NCBI GenBank assembly: GCA_902560685.1
Contig: CACEMT010000002.1
Span: 861-64,860 of the forward strand
Direction of reading: 5' to 3'
Length of the DNA stretch: 64,000 bases
Origin: an uncultured Pelagibacteraceae bacterium
GTDB lineage: Bacteria; Pseudomonadota; Alphaproteobacteria; Pelagibacterales; Pelagibacteraceae
This document shows positions 27,247-37,600 of this stretch, piece after piece (within the stretch, counting starts at the first letter, position 1; every line of letters starts with the position of its first letter). The translations under genes and the position numbers were made by a program. A model generated the notes under the pieces. It did no database searches, was not told the origin of the DNA, and saw only the letters and a list, made by a program, of their open reading frames with translations.

Positions 27247-29274
27247 ATGCCAAAAAAGAAAAAAAGAAAAAAAATCAAAAAGAAAAAATCTTCAAGAAAA
27301 AAGAGATTAAAAAAAAATAAAGTTAAAAAAATTCAAAATTCTGAACTAATTTATAAAGCAAAAAGTGACTGGATAAAAAAAGCTATAATTAATAAATCGG
27401 GATATGAAAAAAAATATTCAGATTCAATAAAAAACAATGATAATTTTTGGAAAAAAGAAGGTAAAAGAATTACTTGGATCAAGCCATATACAAAAATTAA
27501 AGATTATAAGTACAGCAAAACTGATGTTAATATTAAATGGTATTATGATGGAACTTTAAACGCATCAGCTAATTGTATTGATCGTCATTTAAAGAAAAAC
27601 AAAGACAAAACTGCAATAATATGGGTTGGAGATGATCCAAAAGTACAAAAAAAAATTAGCTATAAACAATTACATCAAGAAGTTTCGAAAGCAGCAAATG
27701 GATTAAAAGAAATAGGAGTAAGAAAAGGAGACAGAGTTACAATTTATTTAACAATGATACCTGAGTTGGCATATACGATGCTGGCATGTGCAAGAATAGG
27801 AGCTGTACATTCAATAATTTTTGGCGGTTTTTCGGCAGACAGTATTACTGGTAGAATTAATGATTGTAAGTCTGACTATATTATTACTGCTGATCAAGGT
27901 GTTAGAGGTGGAAAAATTATACATTTAAAAGAAACAGTTGATGAAGCTCTTTTAAATTGTCCAAATGTTAAAAAGTGTGTTGTAGTAAAAAGAACTGGAA
28001 ACAGAATTAATTGGGATGAAAGTAGAGATGTTTGGTATCACGATATAACTAAAAAAGCTTCTAAGAATTGTGAACCTGAAGAAATGAACGCAGAAGATCC
28101 ATTGTTTATTTTATATACATCTGGATCCACAGGAAAGCCAAAAGGGGTTTTACACACTACTGGTGGTTATATGGTTTATGCCTCAATGACTCATCAGTAT
28201 ATTTTCAATTATAAACCAAAAGATATATATTGGTGTACTGCAGATATTGGTTGGGTCACAGGTCACAGTTATATTATTTATGGACCTCTTTCAAATGGAG
28301 CAACAACAATTATGTCTGAAGGTATTCCAAATTATCCGGATTGGTCTAGGTGGTGGCAAATAGTAGATAAATATAAAGTTAACATTTTTTATACAGCACC
28401 AACTGCAATAAGAGCCATGATGAGAGAAGGAGATGGGCCTGTAAAAAAAACATCAAGAAAAAGTCTAAAACTACTTGGAACTGTTGGCGAACCAATAAAT
28501 CCTGAAGCGTGGCAATGGTATTTTAAAACTGTAGGTGATTCTAGATGCCCAATAGTTGATACTTGGTGGCAGACAGAAACTGGGGGAATTTTAATTAGTC
28601 CTCAAACTGGAGCAATAGACTTAAAGCCTGGATCTGCAACTAAACCATTTTATGGAATTAAACCTGAAATACTTGATAAGGATGGTAAGGTTCTAAAAGG
28701 AGAAGCTCAAGGAAGATTATGTATAGCTCAATCTTGGCCAGGTCAAATGAGATCTGTTTATGGAGACCATGATAGATTTATAGAAACATACTTTTCTCAG
28801 TTTGATGGAAAGTATTTTACTGGAGATGGGTGTAAAAGAGATAAAGACGGATACTATTGGATAACAGGAAGAGTTGATGATGTTATTATTGTATCTGGAC
28901 ATAATTTGGGAACCGCCGAAATAGAGAGTGCCTTTGTTGCACATCCAAAAGTTGCTGAAGCTGCAGTGGTTGGATACCCGCATGATATAAAAGGAAATGG
29001 GTTATATTGTTATGTAACTCTAAATGTAGGAGAAAAACATGACGGAGACTTAGAAAGAGAATTAAAAAATTGGGTAAAAAAAAACATAGGAGCACATGCT
29101 CGTCCAGATTTTATTCAATTTGCACCTGGGCTGCCAAAAACAAGGTCTGGAAAAATAATGAGAAGAATTTTAAGAAAGATTGCTGCTAATGAACATGAAC
29201 AACTCGGAGACACAACAACTTTAGCTGATCCTAGCGTTGTTAAAAGTCTGGTTGATAATAGAAAAAATATTTAG
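27247..29274 (+). CDS. acs: Acetyl-CoA synthetase with Lys/Arg-rich N-terminal extension
   Basis: [20 protein letters not shown] and [11 protein letters not shown] motifs. Confidence 0.96.
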   Translation: MPKKKKRKKIKKKKSSRKKRLKKNKVKKIQNSELIYKAKSDWIKKAIINKSGYEKKYSDSIKNNDNFWKKEGKRITWIKPYTKIKDYKYSKTDVNIKWYYDGTLNASANCIDRHLKKNKDKTAIIWVGDDPKVQKKISYKQLHQEVSKAANGLKEIGVRKGDRVTIYLTMIPELAYTMLACARIGAVHSIIFGGFSADSITGRINDCKSDYIITADQGVRGGKIIHLKETVDEALLNCPNVKKCVVVKRTGNRINWDESRDVWYHDITKKASKNCEPEEMNAEDPLFILYTSGSTGKPKGVLHTTGGYMVYASMTHQYIFNYKPKDIYWCTADIGWVTGHSYIIYGPLSNGATTIMSEGIPNYPDWSRWWQIVDKYKVNIFYTAPTAIRAMMREGDGPVKKTSRKSLKLLGTVGEPINPEAWQWYFKTVGDSRCPIVDTWWQTETGGILISPQTGAIDLKPGSATKPFYGIKPEILDKDGKVLKGEAQGRLCIAQSWPGQMRSVYGDHDRFIETYFSQFDGKYFTGDGCKRDKDGYYWITGRVDDVIIVSGHNLGTAEIESAFVAHPKVAEAAVVGYPHDIKGNGLYCYVTLNVGEKHDGDLERELKNWVKKNIGAHARPDFIQFAPGLPKTRSGKIMRRILRKIAANEHEQLGDTTTLADPSVVKSLVDNRKNI

Positions 29275-29894
29275 AACATTATTCTCTCGTTAAATTCTTT
29301 TTTAACAATATCCCACTTTAAAATTACAGAATTTAAAACAATTTTACGATCAAGCTTTTTTAATTCATCATCTATAGGCGCCCACTTGTACAATGATAAT
29401 GCGCTAGGATTAAATGGAAGATCATTATAATAAGTATTCCAATTAATGCTTTGTAATCTTTCATTAAAGTTTTTTTTTGCTTCCTCAATAATATCTAGTG
29501 GCATTTTATTCGTAGTTTCATCATCTAAAATTTTTAGAAAAATTTCTTTAGCCTTATCAATGTCTTGATAGTTCAAATTAGTTTTTAAATATGAAAATGT
29601 AAAAAAAGTCAGATCTTGAAGAGCAACGGCATAAATATTCCACTTAGCTAAATTTACAGACGCCATGAATTTATCATTTTCAAAATGAAGAACATATCTT
29701 GTTCCCATTCTAGTTTTTAAATAGCCATAAAGTGTAACTTGAGTAACCCAGGCTGATTTGGATTGTATAAAATCCTCTAATTCATCTAAATTGCCTATTT
29801 TTGTCTTTGGTATGAAAGCTTTGAAGAGTGAAAAAAGATAAATCTTAAAATCTCTCCAAGATAGGTCTTTCCAAGTTAATTTGTATTTTGCCAT
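29271..29894 (-). CDS. Hypothetical protein
   Basis: 207-aa ORF filling the gap between acs and the symporter operon; no function recognised. Confidence 0.75.
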   Translation of the reverse strand: MAKYKLTWKDLSWRDFKIYLFSLFKAFIPKTKIGNLDELEDFIQSKSAWVTQVTLYGYLKTRMGTRYVLHFENDKFMASVNLAKWNIYAVALQDLTFFTFSYLKTNLNYQDIDKAKEIFLKILDDETTNKMPLDIIEEAKKNFNERLQSINWNTYYNDLPFNPSALSLYKWAPIDDELKKLDRKIVLNSVILKWDIVKKEFNERIMF

Positions 29895-30019
29895 AAAAAT
29901 AGCTATTAGTTTAATTTATACCCTAAAAACTCAACTATTATTAACAATTTTAACTCTTTAAATCTCTTTCATAATGGTTATGGTTTCCGCCAGTTATAAC
30001 TAAAAGAGGAGAGATAAAA

Positions 30020-30280
30020 ATGTCAAAACAAGCACAACACTGGGAAAAAACCAGAGGATTGTTAATGGTTACATTAGCAATATGGTTTGTATTCTCAATT
30101 GGCATCTTCCTTTTTGGCGCTGAAATGGAGTCCGTTGGTGGACCCTTCGGTTATCCACTGACTTATTGGTTTACTTGTCAGGGATCTCTTGGAATTTTTG
30201 TAATCCTAATTTTCTGGTTTGCGAACAGACAAGAAAAAATCGATGAAGAGTTCGGCTTCAGTGAAAAAGGAGATGATTAA
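30020..30280 (+). CDS. DUF4212 sodium/solute symporter small subunit
   Basis: HW..T, GYPLTYWFTCQGS pattern; strong SD; stop overlaps the symporter start. Confidence 0.88.
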   Translation: MSKQAQHWEKTRGLLMVTLAIWFVFSIGIFLFGAEMESVGGPFGYPLTYWFTCQGSLGIFVILIFWFANRQEKIDEEFGFSEKGDD

Positions 30281-32100
30281 TGATTAAAGGTAATTTTATA
30301 GATAATTTGCCTCGAGTTTATGGAATCTACACAGGTGGATTTTTAGCTTTCATAATCATTATGGCAATTGGCGAACAGATGGGTATGACATCTAAAGCAA
30401 TCGGAATTTGTTTCGTTGCTTTTACCGTGGCCATCTACGCTATAATTGGTTATCTATCACGTACAGCACAAGCTGATGCTTATTACGTAGCTGGAAGGCA
30501 AGTACCAACCGTATTTAATGGAATGGCGACTGCAGCAGACTGGATGTCTGGTGCATCATTCGTTGCAATGGCAGGTGGTATTTACTTTAAAGGTTATGGT
30601 TATATGGCACTACTTGTGGGTTGGACTGGTGGATACGTATTAGTTGCATCTTTATTAGCACCTTACCTAAGAAAATTTGGCTGTTACACAGTTCCAGATT
30701 TCATTGGTACAAGGTACGGTGGTAATTTAGCAAGATTACTTGCAGTAATAGTCTTAACTGTTGCTTCATTTACTTATGTGACTGCACAAATTAACGCTAC
30801 AGGTACTATTGCATCTGTTGCTCTAGATATCCCATTCCAATACGCAGTTTATGTTGGATTAGTAAGTATTTTACTATGTTCAATGTTAGGTGGTATGAGA
30901 GGGGTAACTTGGACACAGGTTGCACAATATATCGTATTGATAATAGCTTACTTGCTTCCGGTATTTTGGATCAGTAACAAAATGGGTGCGGGTTTCTTCC
31001 CACACTTTATGTTAGCTGATGAAGTTGCGAGAATTGCTGATCTTGAAAGTCAATTTGGCTTAGGGACAGTTAAAAACTCTGCAGCTGATTTAGCAACTGT
31101 ACCAAAAGGTTTAGCAGGTATAACTAAAGCTCACTCAGCGGTTAACGCTACACCTTGGGCATTTATTTCATTAGCATTAGCGATGATGATGGGAACAGCT
31201 TCATTGCCTCACGTGATGATGAGATATTTCACTACTCCAAGTGTAAAAGCAGCTAGAAAATCAGTAGGTTGGTCTTTATTTTTTATCTTCCTACTTTATT
31301 CTTCTGCTCCTATGTTAGCGACACTATCTAAATTGTCATTGATAGATCCTAACTTAGCGACTGGAATTATCGGTAAATCGATAAGTGAAGTTCAATCGAT
31401 AGATTGGTATCAAAACTGGAACCAAGCAAACTTAATGTTTGTAAGCGACTTTAACGGAAATGGAACTCTTGAATTAAATGAGTTTTTCATGGGTGGTAAA
31501 GCCGTTGTGTTAGCAACTCCAGAGATAGCAGGATTACCTTATGTAATCTCAGGTCTAGTTGCTGCTGGAGGTATGGCTGCTGCCATGTCAACAGCTGATG
31601 GTTTAATTCTAGCTATTGCAAATGCTTTGTCTCATGACTTGTATTACAAGATCATTGATCCAAAAGCAGAAACTGCAAAAAGACTAGTTGTTGCAAGGGT
31701 ATTACTTGTAGTAATTGGTTTTGCTGGAGCAACTATTGCAGCAATGGAGATCCAGGGTATCTTAGGTTCAGTAATATGGGCTTTTGATTTTGCGATGTCA
31801 GGATTGTTCTTCCCACTTGTACTTGGTGTATGGTGGAAGAGAGCTAACAGAGAAGGTGCTATAGCTGGTATGGCTTTAGGTCTAATTTCTGGTACTGCTT
31901 ATCTAATTTGGGTAAGAAATGGTGGAAGTGGATTCTTAGGTATTACACAGTTAACGTTTGGTATCTTTGGTTCAGCTGTCAGCTTAGTATCTATGGTTGT
32001 TGTAAGTTTAATAACTTCAGAACCTGATGCTGCTACGCAAAAAATGGTTGACGAGGTTCGTGTACCGTCAGGTAAATCGATCCTTGGAAAACAACACTAA
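30280..32100 (+). CDS. Sodium:solute symporter, VC_2705/ActP-like (probable monocarboxylate uptake)
   Basis: NGMATAADWMSGASF, GTASLPHVMMRYFT and AAAMSTADGL motifs; next to acs. Confidence 0.9.
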   Translation: MIKGNFIDNLPRVYGIYTGGFLAFIIIMAIGEQMGMTSKAIGICFVAFTVAIYAIIGYLSRTAQADAYYVAGRQVPTVFNGMATAADWMSGASFVAMAGGIYFKGYGYMALLVGWTGGYVLVASLLAPYLRKFGCYTVPDFIGTRYGGNLARLLAVIVLTVASFTYVTAQINATGTIASVALDIPFQYAVYVGLVSILLCSMLGGMRGVTWTQVAQYIVLIIAYLLPVFWISNKMGAGFFPHFMLADEVARIADLESQFGLGTVKNSAADLATVPKGLAGITKAHSAVNATPWAFISLALAMMMGTASLPHVMMRYFTTPSVKAARKSVGWSLFFIFLLYSSAPMLATLSKLSLIDPNLATGIIGKSISEVQSIDWYQNWNQANLMFVSDFNGNGTLELNEFFMGGKAVVLATPEIAGLPYVISGLVAAGGMAAAMSTADGLILAIANALSHDLYYKIIDPKAETAKRLVVARVLLVVIGFAGATIAAMEIQGILGSVIWAFDFAMSGLFFPLVLGVWWKRANREGAIAGMALGLISGTAYLIWVRNGGSGFLGITQLTFGIFGSAVSLVSMVVVSLITSEPDAATQKMVDEVRVPSGKSILGKQH

Positions 32101-32110
32101 ATAATCTTTT

Positions 32111-32136
32111 AAGGGGCGATTAATTTCGCCCCTTTT
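32111..32136 (+). terminator. Intrinsic terminator after the symporter
   Basis: aaggggcga-ttaatt-tcgcccctt followed by T-rich sequence. Confidence 0.85.
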
Positions 32137-32169
32137 AATTTCTCATTTTTTCAAATATAAATTTCTAAA

Positions 32170-32526
32170 ATGTCTGCTAACTTTCATCCTTTAGTCTATA
32201 TAATCGATTATATTCTTGGAATAATCATGTGGACTTTGATTGGAAGAGTTGCAATGAATATTTTCCAAAAAGAAGACTCTGAATTCTTTTTTATGAAAGT
32301 ATTTGTTAAATTTACTAATCCATTAATTTATATGTTTAAGCCCATAACTCCTTCATTTATAATTCATCCATTAGTACCTTTATATGTAGCTTGGTTTTTC
32401 TTTATGATAAGATTTTACTTAATGCCCTGGATTTTAGGTTATTCTGTAATGGGCATGTTATCTTTTCCTCTGGAAAGTGAAATTTCGAGACAAATTTACC
32501 AATTTTTTAATTCAATTAAATTTTAA
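32170..32526 (+). CDS. Hypothetical membrane protein (YggT-like)
   Basis: Hydrophobic ORF; F...FTNPLI..FKPITP resembles the YggT motif. Confidence 0.65.
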   Translation: MSANFHPLVYIIDYILGIIMWTLIGRVAMNIFQKEDSEFFFMKVFVKFTNPLIYMFKPITPSFIIHPLVPLYVAWFFFMIRFYLMPWILGYSVMGMLSFPLESEISRQIYQFFNSIKF

Positions 32527-32554
32527 AAATTGATACTAGTAAATCTAGCTATCA

Positions 32555-33214
32555 ATGAAAAAAATACAAATTTCACCATCAATTCTTTCGGCTGATTTCA
32601 GTCAGTTAGGAAACGAAATAAAGAGATTAGAAGAAGGTGGGGCGGATATGATTCATGTTGATGTAATGGATGGTCATTTTGTTCCCAACCTTACAATTGG
32701 TCCTCCTGTAATTAAAAGGTTGCGTAATTGTACCAAGCTACCCTTTGATGTACATTTAATGATATCTCCAGTACATAAATATATTGAAGATTTTTCAAAT
32801 GCAGGTGCAGATATAATTACAATTCATCCAGAAGCTACGGATAATTTAATTGAATCAATTAATCTTATAAGAAAACTAAATAAAAAAATTGGAGTTTCTT
32901 TGAATCCTGACACAAAATTAAATATTATAGAAAATATTTTAGATCAAATAGATCTTGTTTTAATTATGAGTGTTTATCCTGGATTTGGGGGTCAAAAATT
33001 TATGCCTGAAGTTGTAGAAAAAATCAAAAATCTAAAAAAAATAAAAGAGGAAAAAAAATTTAACTTCGATATCGAAGTAGACGGTGGAATTAACTTTGAT
33101 AATAATAAAATTGTAATAGAGGCTGGAGCTAATATTTTAGTTTCTGGAACAACTATATTTAAAGAAAATAACGGCAATATTAAAAAAAATATCGATTCTC
33201 TTAAGTTAACATAA
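32555..33214 (+). CDS. rpe: Ribulose-phosphate 3-epimerase
   Basis: PSILSADF, HVDVMDGHFVPN, PGFGGQKF and EVDGG motifs. Confidence 0.97.
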   Translation: MKKIQISPSILSADFSQLGNEIKRLEEGGADMIHVDVMDGHFVPNLTIGPPVIKRLRNCTKLPFDVHLMISPVHKYIEDFSNAGADIITIHPEATDNLIESINLIRKLNKKIGVSLNPDTKLNIIENILDQIDLVLIMSVYPGFGGQKFMPEVVEKIKNLKKIKEEKKFNFDIEVDGGINFDNNKIVIEAGANILVSGTTIFKENNGNIKKNIDSLKLT

Positions 33215-33218
33215 ATTA

Positions 33219-34844
33219 ATGATTTTAAAGAATTCTTTAAATTTAATTAGCGAATTTTTTAATTATTCCTCAAGTCAAATAAGAAAAATTTATTTAAGCT
33301 CAAAGTTCTACAATAAAAAAATATCTAAAATTGATGATAAAATTATTGAATATAAGCCAAGTAATCATTTGATTGATAGTCTAATCAAATATGAAAAGAA
33401 AAGTAATATTGAAAATTTTTATATAAATTCTATTTGGACAAATAAAGAAATTAATGAAAATGATTATAAAAAACTCCATAACTTTTTTTGGTTATTTACA
33501 ATAGATTTAAAATCATCAAAAAAAATCACTCAATCAATTATTTTAAATTGGATAGAAGTAAACCAAAAATACAATTCTAAAAGTTGGGAGATAGACACTT
33601 TATCAAAAAGAATAATTTCTTGGATATCCAATTCCAGATTAAGTTATGATGGTAGTGAAGATGCATACAAAGAAAAATTTAATAAAAATATAAAGAAACA
33701 GATAAACCACCTTATTAATGAAATTAACAGATCATCTTTGATTAGTAATAAAATGATTGGTTGTGCTGCAATTACCTTGACGGGTCTTTCTTATAGGGAT
33801 GAAAAGTATTTAAATTATGGATTAAGTTTACTAAAGAAAATTATTAATATTTCTTTTGATAGTAAAGGTTTTCCAAAATCAAGAAACCATAGACAATTAA
33901 TTTTTTATTTAAAATATTTTATTTTAATTAGAGAATGGTTAAAAGAGTCTCACAATGAAATTCCTGATTATTTAAATGAAATAATATTTTATGTTGGTCA
34001 AAATTATAATTTTATATGGCAAAGTATTAATCAAAATTTATTATTTAATGGCAATCATTTAAATGAAAACTATAATTTTGATAAATATTTAAAATTTCAT
34101 AATTATAAATTTAAAAATGAAAATAATGAATGTGGTGGCTACGTTATATTAAAAGAAAAAAATTTAATCCTTTCAATCGATTTAGGCTCTTCTCCAGAAA
34201 AAAAATTTAGTAATGATTATCAGTCAGGAGCTTTATCTTTTGAAGTTTTTTTTAAAAACTGTAAATTAATTTCTAATTGTGGTTATTTTCAAAATTACAA
34301 ACACCAGCTTAACTCTATTTCTAGATCTTCTGCAACACACTCTACTCTGGTTTTGGATAATACATCCTCTTGCAAATTTAAGAGAGATAATGATGGAATT
34401 TTAAAAATCAACCAAGAATTAAAAGTAACGAAGAAAACTATTATAGCAGAAAAAAATTATTGGTGTGTTGAAGGATCCCATGAGGGATATTTAAAAGATT
34501 ATGGAATAATTCATGAAAGAAAAATAGAGCATTTTTTTGATAAAAATAAATTTTTAGGTACAGATAAATTAATAAAAAAGAAAAAGTCTAAAAACACAAA
34601 TTTTGAAATAAGATTTCATTTTGAACCAGGAGTAAAAATTACAAAAACTCAAGATGGAAAATTTATTCTTATTGAATTAAAGAATTCTGGATGGAGATTT
34701 TTATGTGAAGATCATAAAATTGAAGTTGAAACTGGATTATATTTCGGTAAAAAAAACTCTTTTGTAGAAAATCAAAATATTTTTATTTCTGGTATAACTC
34801 AAAATGAAAATCAAGAAATTATGTGGGAACTAAGTAAAATTTAA
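33219..34844 (+). CDS. Heparinase II/III-like protein
   Basis: LHNFFWL, GALSFE, RSSATHSTL, SHEGY and RFHF motifs; rpe/purH neighbourhood typical of alphaproteobacteria. Confidence 0.75.
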   Translation: MILKNSLNLISEFFNYSSSQIRKIYLSSKFYNKKISKIDDKIIEYKPSNHLIDSLIKYEKKSNIENFYINSIWTNKEINENDYKKLHNFFWLFTIDLKSSKKITQSIILNWIEVNQKYNSKSWEIDTLSKRIISWISNSRLSYDGSEDAYKEKFNKNIKKQINHLINEINRSSLISNKMIGCAAITLTGLSYRDEKYLNYGLSLLKKIINISFDSKGFPKSRNHRQLIFYLKYFILIREWLKESHNEIPDYLNEIIFYVGQNYNFIWQSINQNLLFNGNHLNENYNFDKYLKFHNYKFKNENNECGGYVILKEKNLILSIDLGSSPEKKFSNDYQSGALSFEVFFKNCKLISNCGYFQNYKHQLNSISRSSATHSTLVLDNTSSCKFKRDNDGILKINQELKVTKKTIIAEKNYWCVEGSHEGYLKDYGIIHERKIEHFFDKNKFLGTDKLIKKKKSKNTNFEIRFHFEPGVKITKTQDGKFILIELKNSGWRFLCEDHKIEVETGLYFGKKNSFVENQNIFISGITQNENQEIMWELSKI

Positions 34845-36385
34845 TGAAAAAAATAAAAAAAGCTCTTATTTCGGTGTCTAGCAAGAAAAATTTAAGTTTT
34901 ATATTAAAAATATTAAAAAAATATAATATTCAATTAATTAGTTCAGGAGGAACCTATAAAGAAATAAAAAAACTAGGTTTTAATTGTATAGAAATATCTA
35001 AATATACTGGTTCAAAAGAAATTTTGGGAGGAAGAGTCAAAACTTTGCACCCAAAAATTCATGCTGGGATTCTAAGTGTAAGAAATAATAAATCACATAT
35101 TAAAGATTTAGTTAGAAATAATTTTGAAGAAATTGATCTTGTTATTGTAAATTTTTATCCCTTTGAAAAAACTTTGAAGGATACAAATAATCATAAAAAG
35201 ATAATTGAAAATATTGATATTGGTGGTCCAGCTTTAGTTCGTGCCGCAGCAAAAAACTATAATGATGTTACTGTCTTAACAGATTTAAACCAATACTACG
35301 AATTAGCAAACGAATTAAAATCAAACAACGGAAATACTACAATGAATTTTAGACAAAAAATGGCAGAACAAGCATTTACTGAAACTGCATATTATGATTC
35401 TATAATTACAAATTACTTAAATATTAAATCAAAAAATATTTTCCCAAATAAAAAAATTTTTTATGGAAATATAGTTGAAAAATTAAGATATGGTGAAAAC
35501 CCTCACCAAGATGCAGCTATTTATTCTTTAAATAATGAATTAAAAATTAATCAGCTTAACGGTAAAAAACTCAGTTATAACAACTATAACGATATTTTTT
35601 CTGCACTTTTAATTTCAAAATCTTTACCAAAAAATACAGGAACTGTTATTGTAAAACACGCAAATCCGTGTGGTGTATCAATAAATAAAAATAATATTAA
35701 AAGTTATAAATTAGCTTTAAAATCTGATCCTGTAAGTGCATTTGGAGGAATTGTATCTTGTAATTTTAAAATTAAAAAAAAATTAGCTATTGAACTAAAA
35801 AAAAATTTCCTAGAAGTTATTATTTGTAACGGAATTGATAAAGATGCACTAAATTTGTTAAAATATAAAAAAAATTTAAGAATTATTGATGCAACTAAAT
35901 TAAGTACTATAAATTTGCAAAATATATCATCATCACTTGATGGCTATTTATTTCAAACAGCAGATACTTTTACTTTTTCAAATTCAAATTTTAAAGTTGT
36001 TTCTAAAAGAAAACCAAATTCTCAAACATTAAAAAATCTTATATTTGCATTTAACGTATGTAGATATGTTAAATCAAATGCCATTGTTTTGGCGAATAAT
36101 GGTTCAACCCTTGGAATTGGATCTGGACAGCCAAGTAGATTGGATAGTTGTGAAATTGCAATTAACAAAATGAAAAAATTTCACAAAGAAAAATCAAATA
36201 AAGAAATTGTTGCAGCTTCTGATGCTTTTTTTCCATTTGTTGATGGAGTTGAAAGTTTGGTACAAGCTGGTGTTTCAGCAATAATTCAACCTTCAGGATC
36301 TATAAGAGATAAGGAAATTATAAAATTTGCTAATAGAACTGGAACTGTATTAGTGTTTTCTAAAACAAGACATTTTAAACACTAA
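34844..36385 (+). CDS. purH: Bifunctional AICAR transformylase/IMP cyclohydrolase
   Basis: GRVKTLHP, RYGENPHQ, KHANPCG and ASDAFFPF motifs; C-terminal RHFKH. Confidence 0.97.
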   Translation: MKKIKKALISVSSKKNLSFILKILKKYNIQLISSGGTYKEIKKLGFNCIEISKYTGSKEILGGRVKTLHPKIHAGILSVRNNKSHIKDLVRNNFEEIDLVIVNFYPFEKTLKDTNNHKKIIENIDIGGPALVRAAAKNYNDVTVLTDLNQYYELANELKSNNGNTTMNFRQKMAEQAFTETAYYDSIITNYLNIKSKNIFPNKKIFYGNIVEKLRYGENPHQDAAIYSLNNELKINQLNGKKLSYNNYNDIFSALLISKSLPKNTGTVIVKHANPCGVSINKNNIKSYKLALKSDPVSAFGGIVSCNFKIKKKLAIELKKNFLEVIICNGIDKDALNLLKYKKNLRIIDATKLSTINLQNISSSLDGYLFQTADTFTFSNSNFKVVSKRKPNSQTLKNLIFAFNVCRYVKSNAIVLANNGSTLGIGSGQPSRLDSCEIAINKMKKFHKEKSNKEIVAASDAFFPFVDGVESLVQAGVSAIIQPSGSIRDKEIIKFANRTGTVLVFSKTRHFKH

Positions 36386-36720
36386 ATTATTTTATCAACT
36401 TTGGCAGCAAGAACAAAATCACTTTCGTGAAGACCTTTTATAGCATGTGTAAAAATTTTTATTTTGGCATAACCCCAACCAAACCAAATGTCAGGATGAT
36501 GACCTTCTTTTTCTGCAATTTCTCCAACACTATTTATAAATTTTTGACTTTCTAAAAAGTTTTTAAATTTAAAATTTTTTATTAAATAATAAGTGTCTTC
36601 TTCATCTTTTTTAACTTCCCATCCGTCAACCATTTTAAGATATTTATGTATTTCACTTATATCAAATCCTGGTATTCCACCTTCACAAGGTATACATTTT
36701 TTATCTGCTAAATCAGTCAT
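36382..36720 (-). CDS. phhB: Pterin-4-alpha-carbinolamine dehydratase
   Basis: KKCIPCEGG, EGHHPD and THAIKGLHESDF motifs; start at 36720 with AAGGAG SD (track ORF over-extends through the tRNA). Confidence 0.9.
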   Translation of the reverse strand: MTDLADKKCIPCEGGIPGFDISEIHKYLKMVDGWEVKKDEEDTYYLIKNFKFKNFLESQKFINSVGEIAEKEGHHPDIWFGWGYAKIKIFTHAIKGLHESDFVLAAKVDKII

Positions 36721-36734
36721 AAATATCTCCTTTT

Positions 36735-36809
36735 TGGAGCGGGCAATGGGACTTGAACCCACGACCTTCTCGTTGGCAACGAGACGCTCTACCACTGAGC
36801 TACGCCCGC
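36735..36809 (-). tRNA. tRNA-Gly(GCC)
   Basis: GCGGGCGTAGCTCAGTGGTAGAGCGTCTCGTTGCCAACGAGAAGGTCGTGGGTTCAAGTCCCATTGCCCGCTCCA; cloverleaf fold, anticodon GCC, encoded CCA. Confidence 0.97.
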
Positions 36810-36822
36810 TTATCAAATAATA

Positions 36823-36851
36823 ATTATAAGTACCAGTTTTTAGAAAAGCAA
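36823..36851 (-). promoter_or_regulatory. sigma70 promoter of tRNA-Gly
   Basis: TTGCTT-N17-TATAAT, 13 nt upstream of the mature 5' end. Confidence 0.7.
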
Positions 36852-36961
36852 GTGATATTAAATTCTGTTTATAATATTTATTTATACAAATTAATTATTT
36901 TTCTTTTAAAAAAAGTTTTATTTTTATTATACTTAATTATATAAATATTAACTAAAATATT

Positions 36962-37600
36962 ATGGAAACAAATAATCTTCCAAAAACTATACCGGTTTTT
37001 CCTCTCTCTAATTTTATAATATTCCCAAAAACTACCGTCCCACTTAATATTTTTGAACCAAGATATATTGAAATGATAAATGATGCGATGAGTGGAAATA
37101 GAATAATTGGTATGATTCAGCCAAAAAATAATACCCCGGTAAAACCCTCTCTTTATGATATTGGTTGTGCTGGTAAAATCACAAGCTTTAATGAAACAGA
37201 TGATGGCAGATATATAATTATTTTAACTGGAATAAGTAGATTTAAAATTACAGAAGAAATAAAAACTGACAAACTTTATAGGAAATGTAATGTAAATTTT
37301 AATGTTTTTTCTAATGATCTTGTTAAAAAAAATATAGACATTAAATTTTCTGATCTAGAGCTAATTTTTAAAGATTTAAAAAATCTTTTTGTGAAACAAG
37401 GTTATGAAATAAATTGGAAAGAACTTGAAAATCAAAGTTTAGATCAAACAATTAATACTCTCTCTATGGCCTCGCCATTTTCACTAGAAGAAAAACAAAT
37501 TTTATTAGAAACAACAAATTTAAATGAAAGAAAGAAAAAATTAGAAGAAATTTTATCAACTTACAATTTTGATAATTTTGAAAATAAAACCATCCAATAA
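36962..37600 (+). CDS. LON peptidase substrate-binding (N-terminal) domain protein
   Basis: IPVFPL, PLNIFEPRY and ETDDGRY motifs; no ATPase or protease domain. Confidence 0.9.
   Translation: METNNLPKTIPVFPLSNFIIFPKTTVPLNIFEPRYIEMINDAMSGNRIIGMIQPKNNTPVKPSLYDIGCAGKITSFNETDDGRYIIILTGISRFKITEEIKTDKLYRKCNVNFNVFSNDLVKKNIDIKFSDLELIFKDLKNLFVKQGYEINWKELENQSLDQTINTLSMASPFSLEEKQILLETTNLNERKKKLEEILSTYNFDNFENKTIQ

Noticed and set aside
33219-34844. Heparinase-like gene plus sulfotransferases as a sulfated-glycan system
   Set aside because: The genes are far apart, and the heparinase-like gene occupies its usual core position near purH
36721-36944. N-terminal extension of the 144-aa phhB ORF and plus-strand ORFs 36593-36820 and 36753-36944
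   Set aside because: They are translations of the tRNA-Gly gene; the real phhB start with an SD is at 36720
36735-36961. tRNA-Gly as a prophage or island integration site
   Set aside because: No integrase, no duplicated tRNA 3' end noticed, and the flanking genes are core
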